Part shown: positions 8,353-16,367 of the stretch, piece by piece
Layout: each line of letters opens with the position of its first letter
Position numbering within the stretch: the first letter of the stretch is position 1
Virus record (IMG/VR): IMGVR_UViG_3300030329_004520
Span: 1 to 64,000 of that record
DNA length: 64,000 bases
Source of the DNA: a virus
Strand: one strand, 5' to 3'
The notes under the pieces: generated by a model
Database searches by the model: none
Told to the model about the DNA's origin: nothing
What the model saw: the letters and a program-made list of their open reading frames with translations, nothing else
Translations under genes and position numbers: made by a program

Positions 8353-9457
8353 ATAATTCGTACTCTTTATCTCTAACATAATCACCAATATCTTTACCTC
8401 TTAATCCTTGTTTCATAGCATCTCTAGACGATACAGATAATTTCCAATTCCATATCTTTAATATCTTTTTACCAGAAGTTCCCCACATCTTTGCCCACTC
8501 TTTAATATCAGATGTAGATAACTTAACATTCTTTTGTAGGTTTTTAATCATATGTAGATTATCAATAGGCCAAGTAGGTAAACTTATCACTATTAAAAAC
8601 CATATATCATTAACTTCTTGATTGGTATATTTTAAACTATTTAATTTTCTCTTAACTTTATCGGCACCATTGGTATATAACATATCAGCTATTTGTAATT
8701 TATAATTATTTGTTTTATTAGAAGTAAGAGCATTTACTCTTAAACCAGGAAAGATTTGTTTGAACATTCCTAACTTAGATAACATCTTAAAATAGTTAGG
8801 AACTGATTTAGATTTTTTTATTCCTTTAATAAACTCATCTCTAATTCTTTCTTTAGATATCCCAGATATGTCTGGGTTTTTTCTTAATGCATTCCAAGTA
8901 TCTTTATCCATTCTACCACCAACACTACCAGCAAACCTCACTGCTCGAAGCTTACGCAACGGGTCCTCATCAAATCGTTGTTCAGGAACTCCGACGGTTC
9001 TAATTTTCTTTTTCTTTAAGTCAGCTATTCCTCCTACCAAATCTACAATCTCACCTCTACCCATATCATAGAACAAAGCATTAATAGTTAAGTCTCTCCT
9101 CATTACATCACCTTTGATATCTGTATAGTCTACAGCATTAGGTCTTCTACCTTTACCTATATCCTTTCTGAATGTAGCTATCTCGTGACCGCCAACGATT
9201 ACAACACCAAATTGTTTCCCAACTTCTACCGTTTTAAATCCACCTTGCTTAGCTATCTTTAATACTTCATCAGGTTTAGCGTCTGTAGCTAAGTCAAAGT
9301 CTTTAGGTGACTTACCTAATATAGCATCACGGACAGCACCGCCAACTACGAATAGTTGTTTACCATTCTTCTTAAATAGTTTATATATCTTCTTGATATC
9401 AGAAGGTATATTTAATTTAAGTTTAGATTCTGCTAGTAGTGTACTTAGGTATATCAT
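8339..9457 (-). CDS. cca: CCA-adding tRNA nucleotidyltransferase / poly(A) polymerase family (class II)
   Basis: VVGGAVRD, DFDLAT, EIATFR, RRDLTINA, EDPLR, ISKERIRDE. Confidence 0.88.
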   Translation of the reverse strand: MIYLSTLLAESKLKLNIPSDIKKIYKLFKKNGKQLFVVGGAVRDAILGKSPKDFDLATDAKPDEVLKIAKQGGFKTVEVGKQFGVVIVGGHEIATFRKDIGKGRRPNAVDYTDIKGDVMRRDLTINALFYDMGRGEIVDLVGGIADLKKKKIRTVGVPEQRFDEDPLRKLRAVRFAGSVGGRMDKDTWNALRKNPDISGISKERIRDEFIKGIKKSKSVPNYFKMLSKLGMFKQIFPGLRVNALTSNKTNNYKLQIADMLYTNGADKVKRKLNSLKYTNQEVNDIWFLIVISLPTWPIDNLHMIKNLQKNVKLSTSDIKEWAKMWGTSGKKILKIWNWKLSVSSRDAMKQGLRGKDIGDYVRDKEYELFTSS

Positions 9458-10002
9458 ACTTTAGTTGTTCCTAAAAATTTTAAATATTTCATATTAAACC
9501 AAGCTGTTGATTCTACATCCCATTCGTGAACACCAGGAATGAAATCACGAGAACCTCTCATTGTCAATCTGAATCCATCATAGTCTTTTGCTAACTTATG
9601 CCAATCTAAATAATATTCTCCAGCCTTACCACATATTTTAGAAAAATCATTTCGATATTTCTTCAATAACTTTTCGTAATCTTTATTGTTATTGACTATA
9701 GCAAGTTTAGGATTACCTACTACTTCAAATACAGCTCCCATACCAGTTCTCCAACTTGGTTGATTCATTCTTTTCCATTCACTCCAATCAGAAGCTTTTA
9801 TTTTTTTTCTATAACCAGATGTCCAGAATGCACCATTAGGTTTATTTAGACACGCTAACATAATACCAATTCTTAATTTACCTGTTGGGATTTTACTTGG
9901 ATTGAATTTGAAATTACCAGAACCTTTACCACCTGTTCCGGGGGTAAATATTTGAAGTCGATGAACCTTTGCTTCTGTTATTAAATCTTTTAGTTTAATC
10001 AT
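9454..10002 (-). CDS. hypothetical protein with MIKLKDLITE leader
   Basis: KPNGAFWTS, DWHKLAKDYDG, WDVES conserved-looking motifs. Confidence 0.65.
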   Translation of the reverse strand: MIKLKDLITEAKVHRLQIFTPGTGGKGSGNFKFNPSKIPTGKLRIGIMLACLNKPNGAFWTSGYRKKIKASDWSEWKRMNQPSWRTGMGAVFEVVGNPKLAIVNNNKDYEKLLKKYRNDFSKICGKAGEYYLDWHKLAKDYDGFRLTMRGSRDFIPGVHEWDVESTAWFNMKYLKFLGTTKV

Positions 10003-10319
10003 TATGTTATCTCAATACTATATCGTTCTTCAAATACTTTTGTTGGCATCATTCTAATTGCATTCCAAGTTAGTTTATCACAAGCCTTTGCACATAATTG
10101 ACAACCAATACATTCATCAAACCTAACTTGAACTGGTGGTATAGGAGCGTCATCATACTTGTCTTTATCAACTGGTTCAATACAATCAACAGGACAGAAT
10201 GGAACACATACTTGACAACCAGTACAATTGTCCTCATCAACCACAGCCATCAGTCTTGGTTTGTTTCTCTTTGACTTTACATTGGGTGCAAGTTCAGGTA
10301 TTGATTTCATAAAATCCAT
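10002..10319 (-). CDS. 2x[4Fe-4S] ferredoxin (RnfB C-terminal-like)
   Basis: CTGCQVCVPFCP and CIGCQLCAKAC. Confidence 0.88.
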   Translation of the reverse strand: MDFMKSIPELAPNVKSKRNKPRLMAVVDEDNCTGCQVCVPFCPVDCIEPVDKDKYDDAPIPPVQVRFDECIGCQLCAKACDKLTWNAIRMMPTKVFEERYSIEIT

Positions 10320-10320
10320 A

Positions 10321-10428
10321 TTACCACTCCTTCATTGACTTATAAGCTAAATAACAAAGTAGAAGAGTTCCTACAATCATTGTAAAGGAAAATCCTATTG
10401 AAACAAGAAGTATTGCTAAGTCTTTCAT
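10321..10428 (-). CDS. small membrane peptide (35 aa, not in ORF track)
   Basis: MKDLAILLVSIGFSFTMIVGTLLLCYLAYKSMKEW; contains the AAGGAG RBS of the ferredoxin. Confidence 0.55.
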   Translation of the reverse strand: MKDLAILLVSIGFSFTMIVGTLLLCYLAYKSMKEW

Positions 10429-10841
10429 TTACATTCTTTTCTAACTTTATCTAAATATTTTTTTACAACCCCATCCAGGGATTTTGGTAATGAATCTTCA
10501 ATTAGTCAGAAATAACTCCAGTGTGTATGTTCTCTACTTAATACAGGAACTAGTTTATGTTCTATATCACATCTAAATATTTGGAAAGCTCCACCTTCAT
10601 CATTTGTACCGAGATAAGCTCTCTTAACACCTGTATGGAAAGAACCAGCTTTAGGTTGTAACATAATATCAGTTTCTTCTTCAGTTTCTCTTAACGCGGC
10701 CTGTAACATACCTTCACCACATTTTACATGCCCTTTAGGTATACTCCATTCACCACACTTGTCTTTTAATAATAAAACATTTCTACCTTTATGGAGAATA
10801 CATATTCCAGCTGTATCTTTTGTATCTACTAAATTTTTCAT
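10425..10841 (-). CDS. Nudix hydrolase with internal TGA at 10506-10508
   Basis: Nudix box GHVKCGE..QAALRETEEETD; frame stays open 26 codons past the TGA and ends in an ATGA overlap with the next gene. Confidence 0.75.
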
Positions 10842-10996
10842 TTTATCCTCAACATTTTTTTATTTGTTTTTTCTATATGACAACAGGGTTTACAATATGG
10901 TCGTTTTATTGAATACACGATAGATGCACAATATTCACATATCCACTTCTTACCAAATAATCTATTAATTATATTATTTATAAATGTATATATCAT
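10838..10996 (-). CDS. small Zn-finger protein (52 aa, not in ORF track)
   Basis: CEYC...CKPC; ATGA overlap with the Nudix start; first gene after the minus-strand ATATTTATA. Confidence 0.55.
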   Translation of the reverse strand: MIYTFINNIINRLFGKKWICEYCASIVYSIKRPYCKPCCHIEKTNKKMLRIK

Positions 10997-11002
10997 ATCA
11001 CT

Positions 11003-11011
11003 TATAAATAT
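11003..11011 (-). promoter_or_regulatory. late-type ATATTTATA motif for the minus-strand operon
   Basis: Same motif as before + strand structural operons, here on the minus strand. Confidence 0.55.
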
Positions 11012-11018
11012 CAAATAA

Positions 11019-11073
11019 TGTTACAAATTGTTACAATTTATATATTGATAGTATCGTATAAATGTCGTATTTT
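11019..11073 (+). promoter_or_regulatory. box 5 plus promoter
   Basis: Box 11019-11035; 9-nt gap; TTGATA-N17-TATTTA. Confidence 0.7.
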
Positions 11074-11098
11074 ATAGTATATTAAAGGAGTAAAAATT

Positions 11099-11569
11099 AT
11101 GAGTAGATGGAATAATAAAATAGTTATCTTTGATTTAGATGGTACTCTCGCTGATATTTCAGCTCGTAGAAATCTGGCCACTAAAGATGATGGTAAACTA
11201 GATTGGGATATATTTCTAAATAGAGATAATATCAAATTAGATGTTCCGAATCAAAAAGTTGTTGATATGGCTAGAATGATTAATGATACAGATAGATATC
11301 AAATATGGATATTATCAGGTCGTACAAAAGCTACTTACAGAACAACACAACAATGGTTGATTGAGAATGATATTCCATTTGACCATCTTATGATGAGGCC
11401 GACAGATAATCACCATCATTATAAAAAAGATTCAGATTTAAAAGAAATGTGGTTAAATGAAATTGGTGTTAATAATGTTGCTATGGTTTTTGATGACAGA
11501 CAACAAGTTGTTGATATGTGGAGAGATAATGGTTTAACTTGTTTTCAAGTTGCCGATGGAGATTTTTAA
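11099..11569 (+). CDS. HAD phosphatase, T4 polynucleotide kinase 3'-phosphatase-like
   Basis: FDLDGTLAD, LSGR, LMMRP, KKD..LK, FDDRQQVVDMWR..GLTCFQVA.GDF. Confidence 0.85.
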   Translation: MSRWNNKIVIFDLDGTLADISARRNLATKDDGKLDWDIFLNRDNIKLDVPNQKVVDMARMINDTDRYQIWILSGRTKATYRTTQQWLIENDIPFDHLMMRPTDNHHHYKKDSDLKEMWLNEIGVNNVAMVFDDRQQVVDMWRDNGLTCFQVADGDF

Positions 11570-11850
11570 TGAAAACAATACAATTAAAAGATGGTAGAAA
11601 AAAACATACATTACCTGGTTGGATAGGTTATCAACCTAAAGGTAAACCTATGAGTAAAACAAAATGGATAAATCTTAATATGCCTGTTTCAGAAGAGTGG
11701 ACATTTGAAGCTTCTGAAAGGTCTAAAAAAGCTGGATTTAAAGAATGGAAAGTTACTCTTGTTAATGGTAAATTAATGTGTGATTGTGGTGGTTATAGAT
11801 TTCAAAGACAATGTAAACACACTACACAAGTAGAAAGTGGAGATTTTTAA
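11569..11850 (+). CDS. SWIM Zn-finger protein
   Basis: CDC.G.RF.R.CKH; TAATG-coupled start at 11569. Confidence 0.65.
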   Translation: MKTIQLKDGRKKHTLPGWIGYQPKGKPMSKTKWINLNMPVSEEWTFEASERSKKAGFKEWKVTLVNGKLMCDCGGYRFQRQCKHTTQVESGDF

Positions 11851-11950
11851 TTGAGGTGTTGCGTCCTCAATATGAATGGGAATACACAACGGACAAGGCT
11901 TAGGCATCTTCGGATGGTGGGTAGCGAGTGGTTGACCAGTATTCCCATTC
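11850..11950 (+). ncRNA. candidate structured RNA element
   Basis: 7-bp hairpin plus perfect 12-bp stem GAATGGGAATAC/GTATTCCCATTC enclosing CAAC/GTTG and CATC-TTCG-GATG. Confidence 0.5.
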
Positions 11951-11961
11951 TGTAACATTCT

Positions 11962-12016
11962 TGTTACATATTGTTACAATTTAATTCTTGTAGTTATGCT
12001 AAATATTCACTAAATT
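11962..12016 (+). promoter_or_regulatory. box 6 plus promoter of the VWA gene
   Basis: Box 11962-11978 (extra inverted TGTAACA at 11951); 9-nt gap; TTGTAG-N17-TAAATT. Confidence 0.7.
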
Positions 12017-12051
12017 AGTATATGATTGAAAGAAAAGAAAAAAGGAGTTTT

Positions 12052-14124
12052 ATGAGTTTTAATTCAAGAGATTTTAAAGGGTTTACTTTTCGTAGTGGTC
12101 CTGTTAAAAAAGATACTAAACAAAATTCATCTTTCTGGTGGAATGATAATAATGATGTTGATGTTGATGATTTTTTAGGTTTAGATACTGATGTTAAGAA
12201 AGGTAGAGATTTAGTTGCTTTAGCTGGTTATAAAAGAGCTATTAGTAACTTTGTTCAGATTGTTACAGAACAATCTATTCCAGTTGTTTTTAATAACAAT
12301 GATGAAAGTTTTACTGATGGTAAGAAAGTTGTTATCGGTGCTAACATTGATGATAAGAAATTTGATGTGGCTGTTGGACTTGCTCTTCACGAGGGTTCTC
12401 ACATTAAACTTTCTGATTTCAGTTTACTTAGAAATTTAGAGATTGAAATACCTCAAGAACTTTATGTTCAAGCTGAGAGTGTTGGTGTTGATAGAATGAC
12501 TACTATTTCAACTATCAAAAATTTATTAAACTACATAGAAGATAGAAGAATTGACTCTTTCATTTTCAGAACTTCTCCTGGTTACAAATCTTATTATCAC
12601 GCTATGTATGACAAGTATTTTTATTCAAAGAATGTAGATAAAGGTTTATTGTCTGATGAGTTCAGAACAGAAGAGATTGATTCTTATATGTTCAGAATTA
12701 TTAACTTACATAACAAGAACAGACAACTAACTGCTCTTAAAGGTTTAAAAGAAATCGCTTCTTTAATTAGTCTAGGTTCTATTTCAAGATTAAAAGATTC
12801 AGAAGATTGTTTCAAAGTTGCTTGTGATTGTATGTCAGTTATTCTTAATTCAATTGACCCTATCAAAACTAAATCACAAGATAGTGATTCTGATGACGAG
12901 AATAGTGATTCTCAAGAAGATAATAGTTCAGATGGTAGTAACACTATCTCTGATGAAGAACTTCAAGATAAGCTAGATTCTGATTCAGTTGTTCCTTCTG
13001 AAAATTCAGGTAACGATGATGGTTCTGATTCTGTTGAATTATCAGAGAGACAAAAATCTATGTTGAAAAAACACTTTGAGAAACAAGAAAAGTTTCTTGA
13101 TGGTGATGTTCAAAAAACAAAATTAAATAAAAAAGAGGTTTCAGATATTAAAGCTATCGATGAGTCGGGTGCTACTTATGAGAATGTTGGTTCTGATGTT
13201 CCTAAGTATTCTTGGGGTGGTGAAACTGGTAAAGGTACTAAATGTTTAGTTGTTAAAAACTTAACTCAATCACTTATTGAGTCAAGTCAATTCAGTTGTG
13301 CTTCTTCTTGGAATCAAAGAAGTTATTCTAATTATGAAGAATATAACTTTGTTGAAGAAGGTTTGAGACTTGGTTCTATGTTGGGTAGAAAACTTCAAGT
13401 TAGAGGTGAGGAGTCTCAGTTGAAATTTACAAGACAAGATTCAGGTAAGATTGACAAGAGATTGATTTCTGAATTAGGTTTCGGAAACTCAAATGTTTTC
13501 TCTCACACTCTTACTGAAAGATATAACAAAGCTTACTTACACATTTCGGTTGACGCTTCTGGTTCAATGGGTGGTAAGAAATGGAACAAGGCTATGACAT
13601 CAGCGGTGGCTATGATTAAGGCTTGTGATATGGCTGGAAACATTGATGTAGTTGTTTCAATTAGAACTACTCATAGTAAAAATAAATCTGATGTTCCTTT
13701 AATCTTAGTGGCTTATGATTCAAGAAAAGATAAATTAGTTAAAGTTAAAAATCTTTTCTCTTCTCTTGGTGTGAGTGGAACTACTCCTGAGGGATTATGT
13801 TTCGAGGCCATTGAGAAAGATTTGATTCCTGGAAATTCTAATCAAGATAGTTACTTTGTGAACTATTCAGATGGACAACCTTACTACTCTAACAATGAAA
13901 TTTATTATTCAGGTATAGAAGCTGAGAGACACACTAAAAAAATGTGTGATGGTATGAGAGCTAAAGGTATTAGTGTGTTGAGTTACTTCATTGGTGGTAG
14001 TTATGAGTCTGAAAGAGATAACAAAGCTTTCACAGCGATGTATGGGAAAGACGCTGAGTTTATCAACGCTACTAATATGATGAGTGTGGCTAAAACAATG
14101 AACAAAAAGTTTTTAAGTAAATAA
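12052..14124 (+). CDS. CobT/NorD-like VWA protein with N-terminal HExxH domain
   Basis: LHEGSH, EDRRI, acidic linker, MIDAS DASGSM, GTTPEG, SDGQP; AAAGGAGT RBS (ORF open from 12022). Confidence 0.85.
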   Translation: MSFNSRDFKGFTFRSGPVKKDTKQNSSFWWNDNNDVDVDDFLGLDTDVKKGRDLVALAGYKRAISNFVQIVTEQSIPVVFNNNDESFTDGKKVVIGANIDDKKFDVAVGLALHEGSHIKLSDFSLLRNLEIEIPQELYVQAESVGVDRMTTISTIKNLLNYIEDRRIDSFIFRTSPGYKSYYHAMYDKYFYSKNVDKGLLSDEFRTEEIDSYMFRIINLHNKNRQLTALKGLKEIASLISLGSISRLKDSEDCFKVACDCMSVILNSIDPIKTKSQDSDSDDENSDSQEDNSSDGSNTISDEELQDKLDSDSVVPSENSGNDDGSDSVELSERQKSMLKKHFEKQEKFLDGDVQKTKLNKKEVSDIKAIDESGATYENVGSDVPKYSWGGETGKGTKCLVVKNLTQSLIESSQFSCASSWNQRSYSNYEEYNFVEEGLRLGSMLGRKLQVRGEESQLKFTRQDSGKIDKRLISELGFGNSNVFSHTLTERYNKAYLHISVDASGSMGGKKWNKAMTSAVAMIKACDMAGNIDVVVSIRTTHSKNKSDVPLILVAYDSRKDKLVKVKNLFSSLGVSGTTPEGLCFEAIEKDLIPGNSNQDSYFVNYSDGQPYYSNNEIYYSGIEAERHTKKMCDGMRAKGISVLSYFIGGSYESERDNKAFTAMYGKDAEFINATNMMSVAKTMNKKFLSK

Positions 14125-14134
14125 AGGAGAACAG

Positions 14135-14281
14135 ATGGAAAAATATTTTTTTATTTTAATTGGAATACCAATTGTTTGGATGTTAATGTGTTTGGGTTAC
14201 CAACTAGGAGAACTTATTTATATCTGGATGAAAAGTAAATGGAGTGATATTAAAGATAAGGAGACTAGTTTATGGGATTAA
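14135..14281 (+). CDS. small membrane protein (48 aa, not in ORF track)
   Basis: AAAGGAG RBS; MEKYFFILIGIPIVWMLMCLGYQLG... Confidence 0.55.
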   Translation: MEKYFFILIGIPIVWMLMCLGYQLGELIYIWMKSKWSDIKDKETSLWD

Positions 14282-14838
14282 GAATAGGTTTTGATTGTGA
14301 TGGTGTGTTAAGAGATTTTATTCCTGATTTGATTGAATGTATCAAAACAACTCATCCAGAACATACAGATAAAATACTTGTACCCGAGTCTTGGGATTGG
14401 GACCAGTGGTTGCCATTTTGGACAAATGATGAAACAGAGAAATATGTTTTCGAAGATAACTATTTAGATTTCTTTGGTATAGATGCTAGTCCAATTAAAT
14501 CATCTGTAGATGATTGGATAAAAATAAAAAGGTGGGCAGAAGATAACGGTCATAAATTAGTTTTAGTTTCAGCTCAAAGAGACCATTGTAAAGAACCTAC
14601 TACTGAATGGTTGAAAAAATATGGATTTGATTTTGAAGAAATCCATTATACAAAAAACAAATGGGGTATTGATGTTGATGTATTGATTGATGACTCACCT
14701 GAAAAACTAAATGACTTTAGATATAAAAGTATATCAGGTGGTGTACCTATTTGTTATAAACAAACTTGGAACCAGGAATGTCATAATGATTATATTTCTA
14801 TTGACAGGTTGTCAGAAATTATGACAAAAGTATTCTAA
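14272..14838 (+). CDS. 5'(3')-deoxyribonucleotidase (NT5C-type HAD)
   Basis: FDCDGVLRDF, T.EWL, DVLIDDSP, WN. Confidence 0.8.
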   Translation: MGLRIGFDCDGVLRDFIPDLIECIKTTHPEHTDKILVPESWDWDQWLPFWTNDETEKYVFEDNYLDFFGIDASPIKSSVDDWIKIKRWAEDNGHKLVLVSAQRDHCKEPTTEWLKKYGFDFEEIHYTKNKWGIDVDVLIDDSPEKLNDFRYKSISGGVPICYKQTWNQECHNDYISIDRLSEIMTKVF

Positions 14839-14962
14839 AAAAAACTTTTTTGTAGTTTTGTACGATTTTTGTACTATATATAATAGTAATAGTGATTGTA
14901 GCTCAAGTGAGGACAATCCATTTAGTTAGACTAAATAGTTAATTAAACATAGGAGAAATAAA

Positions 14963-15430
14963 ATGACAAAAGTATTTGTTAACCCCAAACATCTCAACCG
15001 AGATGAATTTATAACACCATTCGATAGAATATTTGATGAACTGATGAGTAAATCATTTCCAACATTTCAAGATGAAGTCGGAGTATCTTTTAATCAAGGT
15101 GCTTATCCTAAAGTGAATGTGTATGAGTATGATGACACAATTGGTATCATAGCAGAGATTCCAGGCCTGGATAAGAAAGATGTAACCGTTGATGTAGAGG
15201 AACAAGTTCTCACGATATCAGGTGATAAACATGCTGGTGGCTTTGATACTACTGGTGCAAAATGTATCACAAGAGAATTAAAACAATCATCATTTAAAAG
15301 GTCTTTCAATCTTGGAGAACACTTAGATGGTGAAAGTGTATCAGCTAAATTTAAAGATGGTTTGTTAGAGATATTGATTCCCAAAAAAGAACCAGAGAAA
15401 CCTAAAAAGACATTTGTAAAAATTTCTTAA
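14963..15430 (+). CDS. small heat-shock protein Hsp20
   Basis: YPKVNV, AEIPG, LTISG, SFKRSF.L, A.FKDGLLEI.IPK. Confidence 0.92.
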   Translation: MTKVFVNPKHLNRDEFITPFDRIFDELMSKSFPTFQDEVGVSFNQGAYPKVNVYEYDDTIGIIAEIPGLDKKDVTVDVEEQVLTISGDKHAGGFDTTGAKCITRELKQSSFKRSFNLGEHLDGESVSAKFKDGLLEILIPKKEPEKPKKTFVKIS

Positions 15431-15612
15431 TGTTTGAGACATTAGAATTTCAGGGTAGGTTATGGAGAGTGTGTGCGAAAGTGGATGGGTCCTTAGTTGA
15501 GAACCCATCCACACTAAAAGAAAATTACAGATGTGATATGGTTATACGCAACAATCAAAATGTATATTTTATTCTTGATGAAATAATAGATGCAGAGTTT
15601 GAAGAAATCTAA
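15430..15612 (+). CDS. hypothetical protein
   Basis: 60 aa, TAATG-coupled to hsp20. Confidence 0.6.
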   Translation: MFETLEFQGRLWRVCAKVDGSLVENPSTLKENYRCDMVIRNNQNVYFILDEIIDAEFEEI

Positions 15613-15642
15613 ATAGGTTATATTATGTTATCTACATCACAC

Positions 15643-15671
15643 AAAAGGTTTCGTTTTTCGAAACCTTTTTT
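15643..15671 (+). terminator. intrinsic terminator
   Basis: AAAAGGTTTCG-TTTTT-CGAAACCTTTTTT. Confidence 0.8.
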
Positions 15672-15718
15672 GTTTATAGTATTCTAAGACTATTTATATA
15701 AAAGAAGAGGAGATAATA

Positions 15719-16123
15719 ATGTGGTACATAATATTTCTATTAGTTACATTAAGTTTTTCTCAAGAGCTAGGCAAGTGGAGATGGGCTGATGATACAGCTG
15801 AGTTCACTATGGATAAAGAAGCTCATTTCGTTGGAAGTGCCGGTGCTTATTTCTTTTTTAGACACAAAGAGTATAACGAACTCGAATCAATTAGAAATTC
15901 ATTCTATCTAGGATTAGCTAAAGAATGTATTGACGCTTTGTTACCTTGGGAAAAATATGGGAGATGGGGTGGAGATGGATTTTCTAAATATGATTTAGCA
16001 TATGACATTGCTGGAATAGGTTTAGCATTTCTGATTGATAAGGTTTGGACACCGGAGAAGAAGAGTGATTTCACAATCAGATTTAATAATGATAGTATTG
16101 GCCTTTCTTATAGGATACATTGA
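15719..16123 (+). CDS. YfiM-like exported/membrane protein
   Basis: signal peptide; DKEAHF, KE..D, GFS..DL..D..G. Confidence 0.6.
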   Translation: MWYIIFLLVTLSFSQELGKWRWADDTAEFTMDKEAHFVGSAGAYFFFRHKEYNELESIRNSFYLGLAKECIDALLPWEKYGRWGGDGFSKYDLAYDIAGIGLAFLIDKVWTPEKKSDFTIRFNNDSIGLSYRIH

Positions 16124-16319
16124 TGATGTTACCGGACCACAACTTCATCAGTATCACGATGGTGTAGTAAATGTTTATAAAAAGTATCAATGTCCAAAAC
16201 ATTGTCAAGTAAATCATCCACACTTTGTTTACTTTAACTCTGATACAAATGGGATGGTTATAGATAAATCAGACCTCGGCAAAAAAATCAAGAAAAAAAA
16301 ATCTCGTAGAAAAAAATAA
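16089..16319 (+). CDS. hypothetical Cys/His protein
   Basis: CPKHC...HPH; basic tail; start uncertain (ORF open from 16035). Confidence 0.5.
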   Translation: MIVLAFLIGYIDDVTGPQLHQYHDGVVNVYKKYQCPKHCQVNHPHFVYFNSDTNGMVIDKSDLGKKIKKKKSRRKK

Positions 16320-16322
16320 TCC

Positions 16323-16352
16323 TTGACATATATATAGAAAAAGTCTTATATT
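16323..16352 (+). promoter_or_regulatory. sigma70-type promoter
   Basis: TTGACA-N18-TATATT. Confidence 0.65.
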
Positions 16353-16367
16353 AAAAGGTGATAAAAA

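Noticed and set aside
10425-10841. Genome-wide TGA recoding, or a prfB-like frameshift at UAU-UUC-UGA-CUA
   Set aside because: TGA ends other genes normally (e.g. 4882, 16778); the +1 and -1 frames hit stops within a few codons
498-12000. CRISPR array or replication iterons from the TGTTACA repeats
   Set aside because: Copies are dispersed, only 17 bp, and each is tied to a promoter; no repeat-spacer periodicity and no cas genes
14893-14935. tRNA gene (GTAGCTCAAGTG resembles a D-arm start)
   Set aside because: No anticodon arm, TTCGA T-loop or acceptor stem follows
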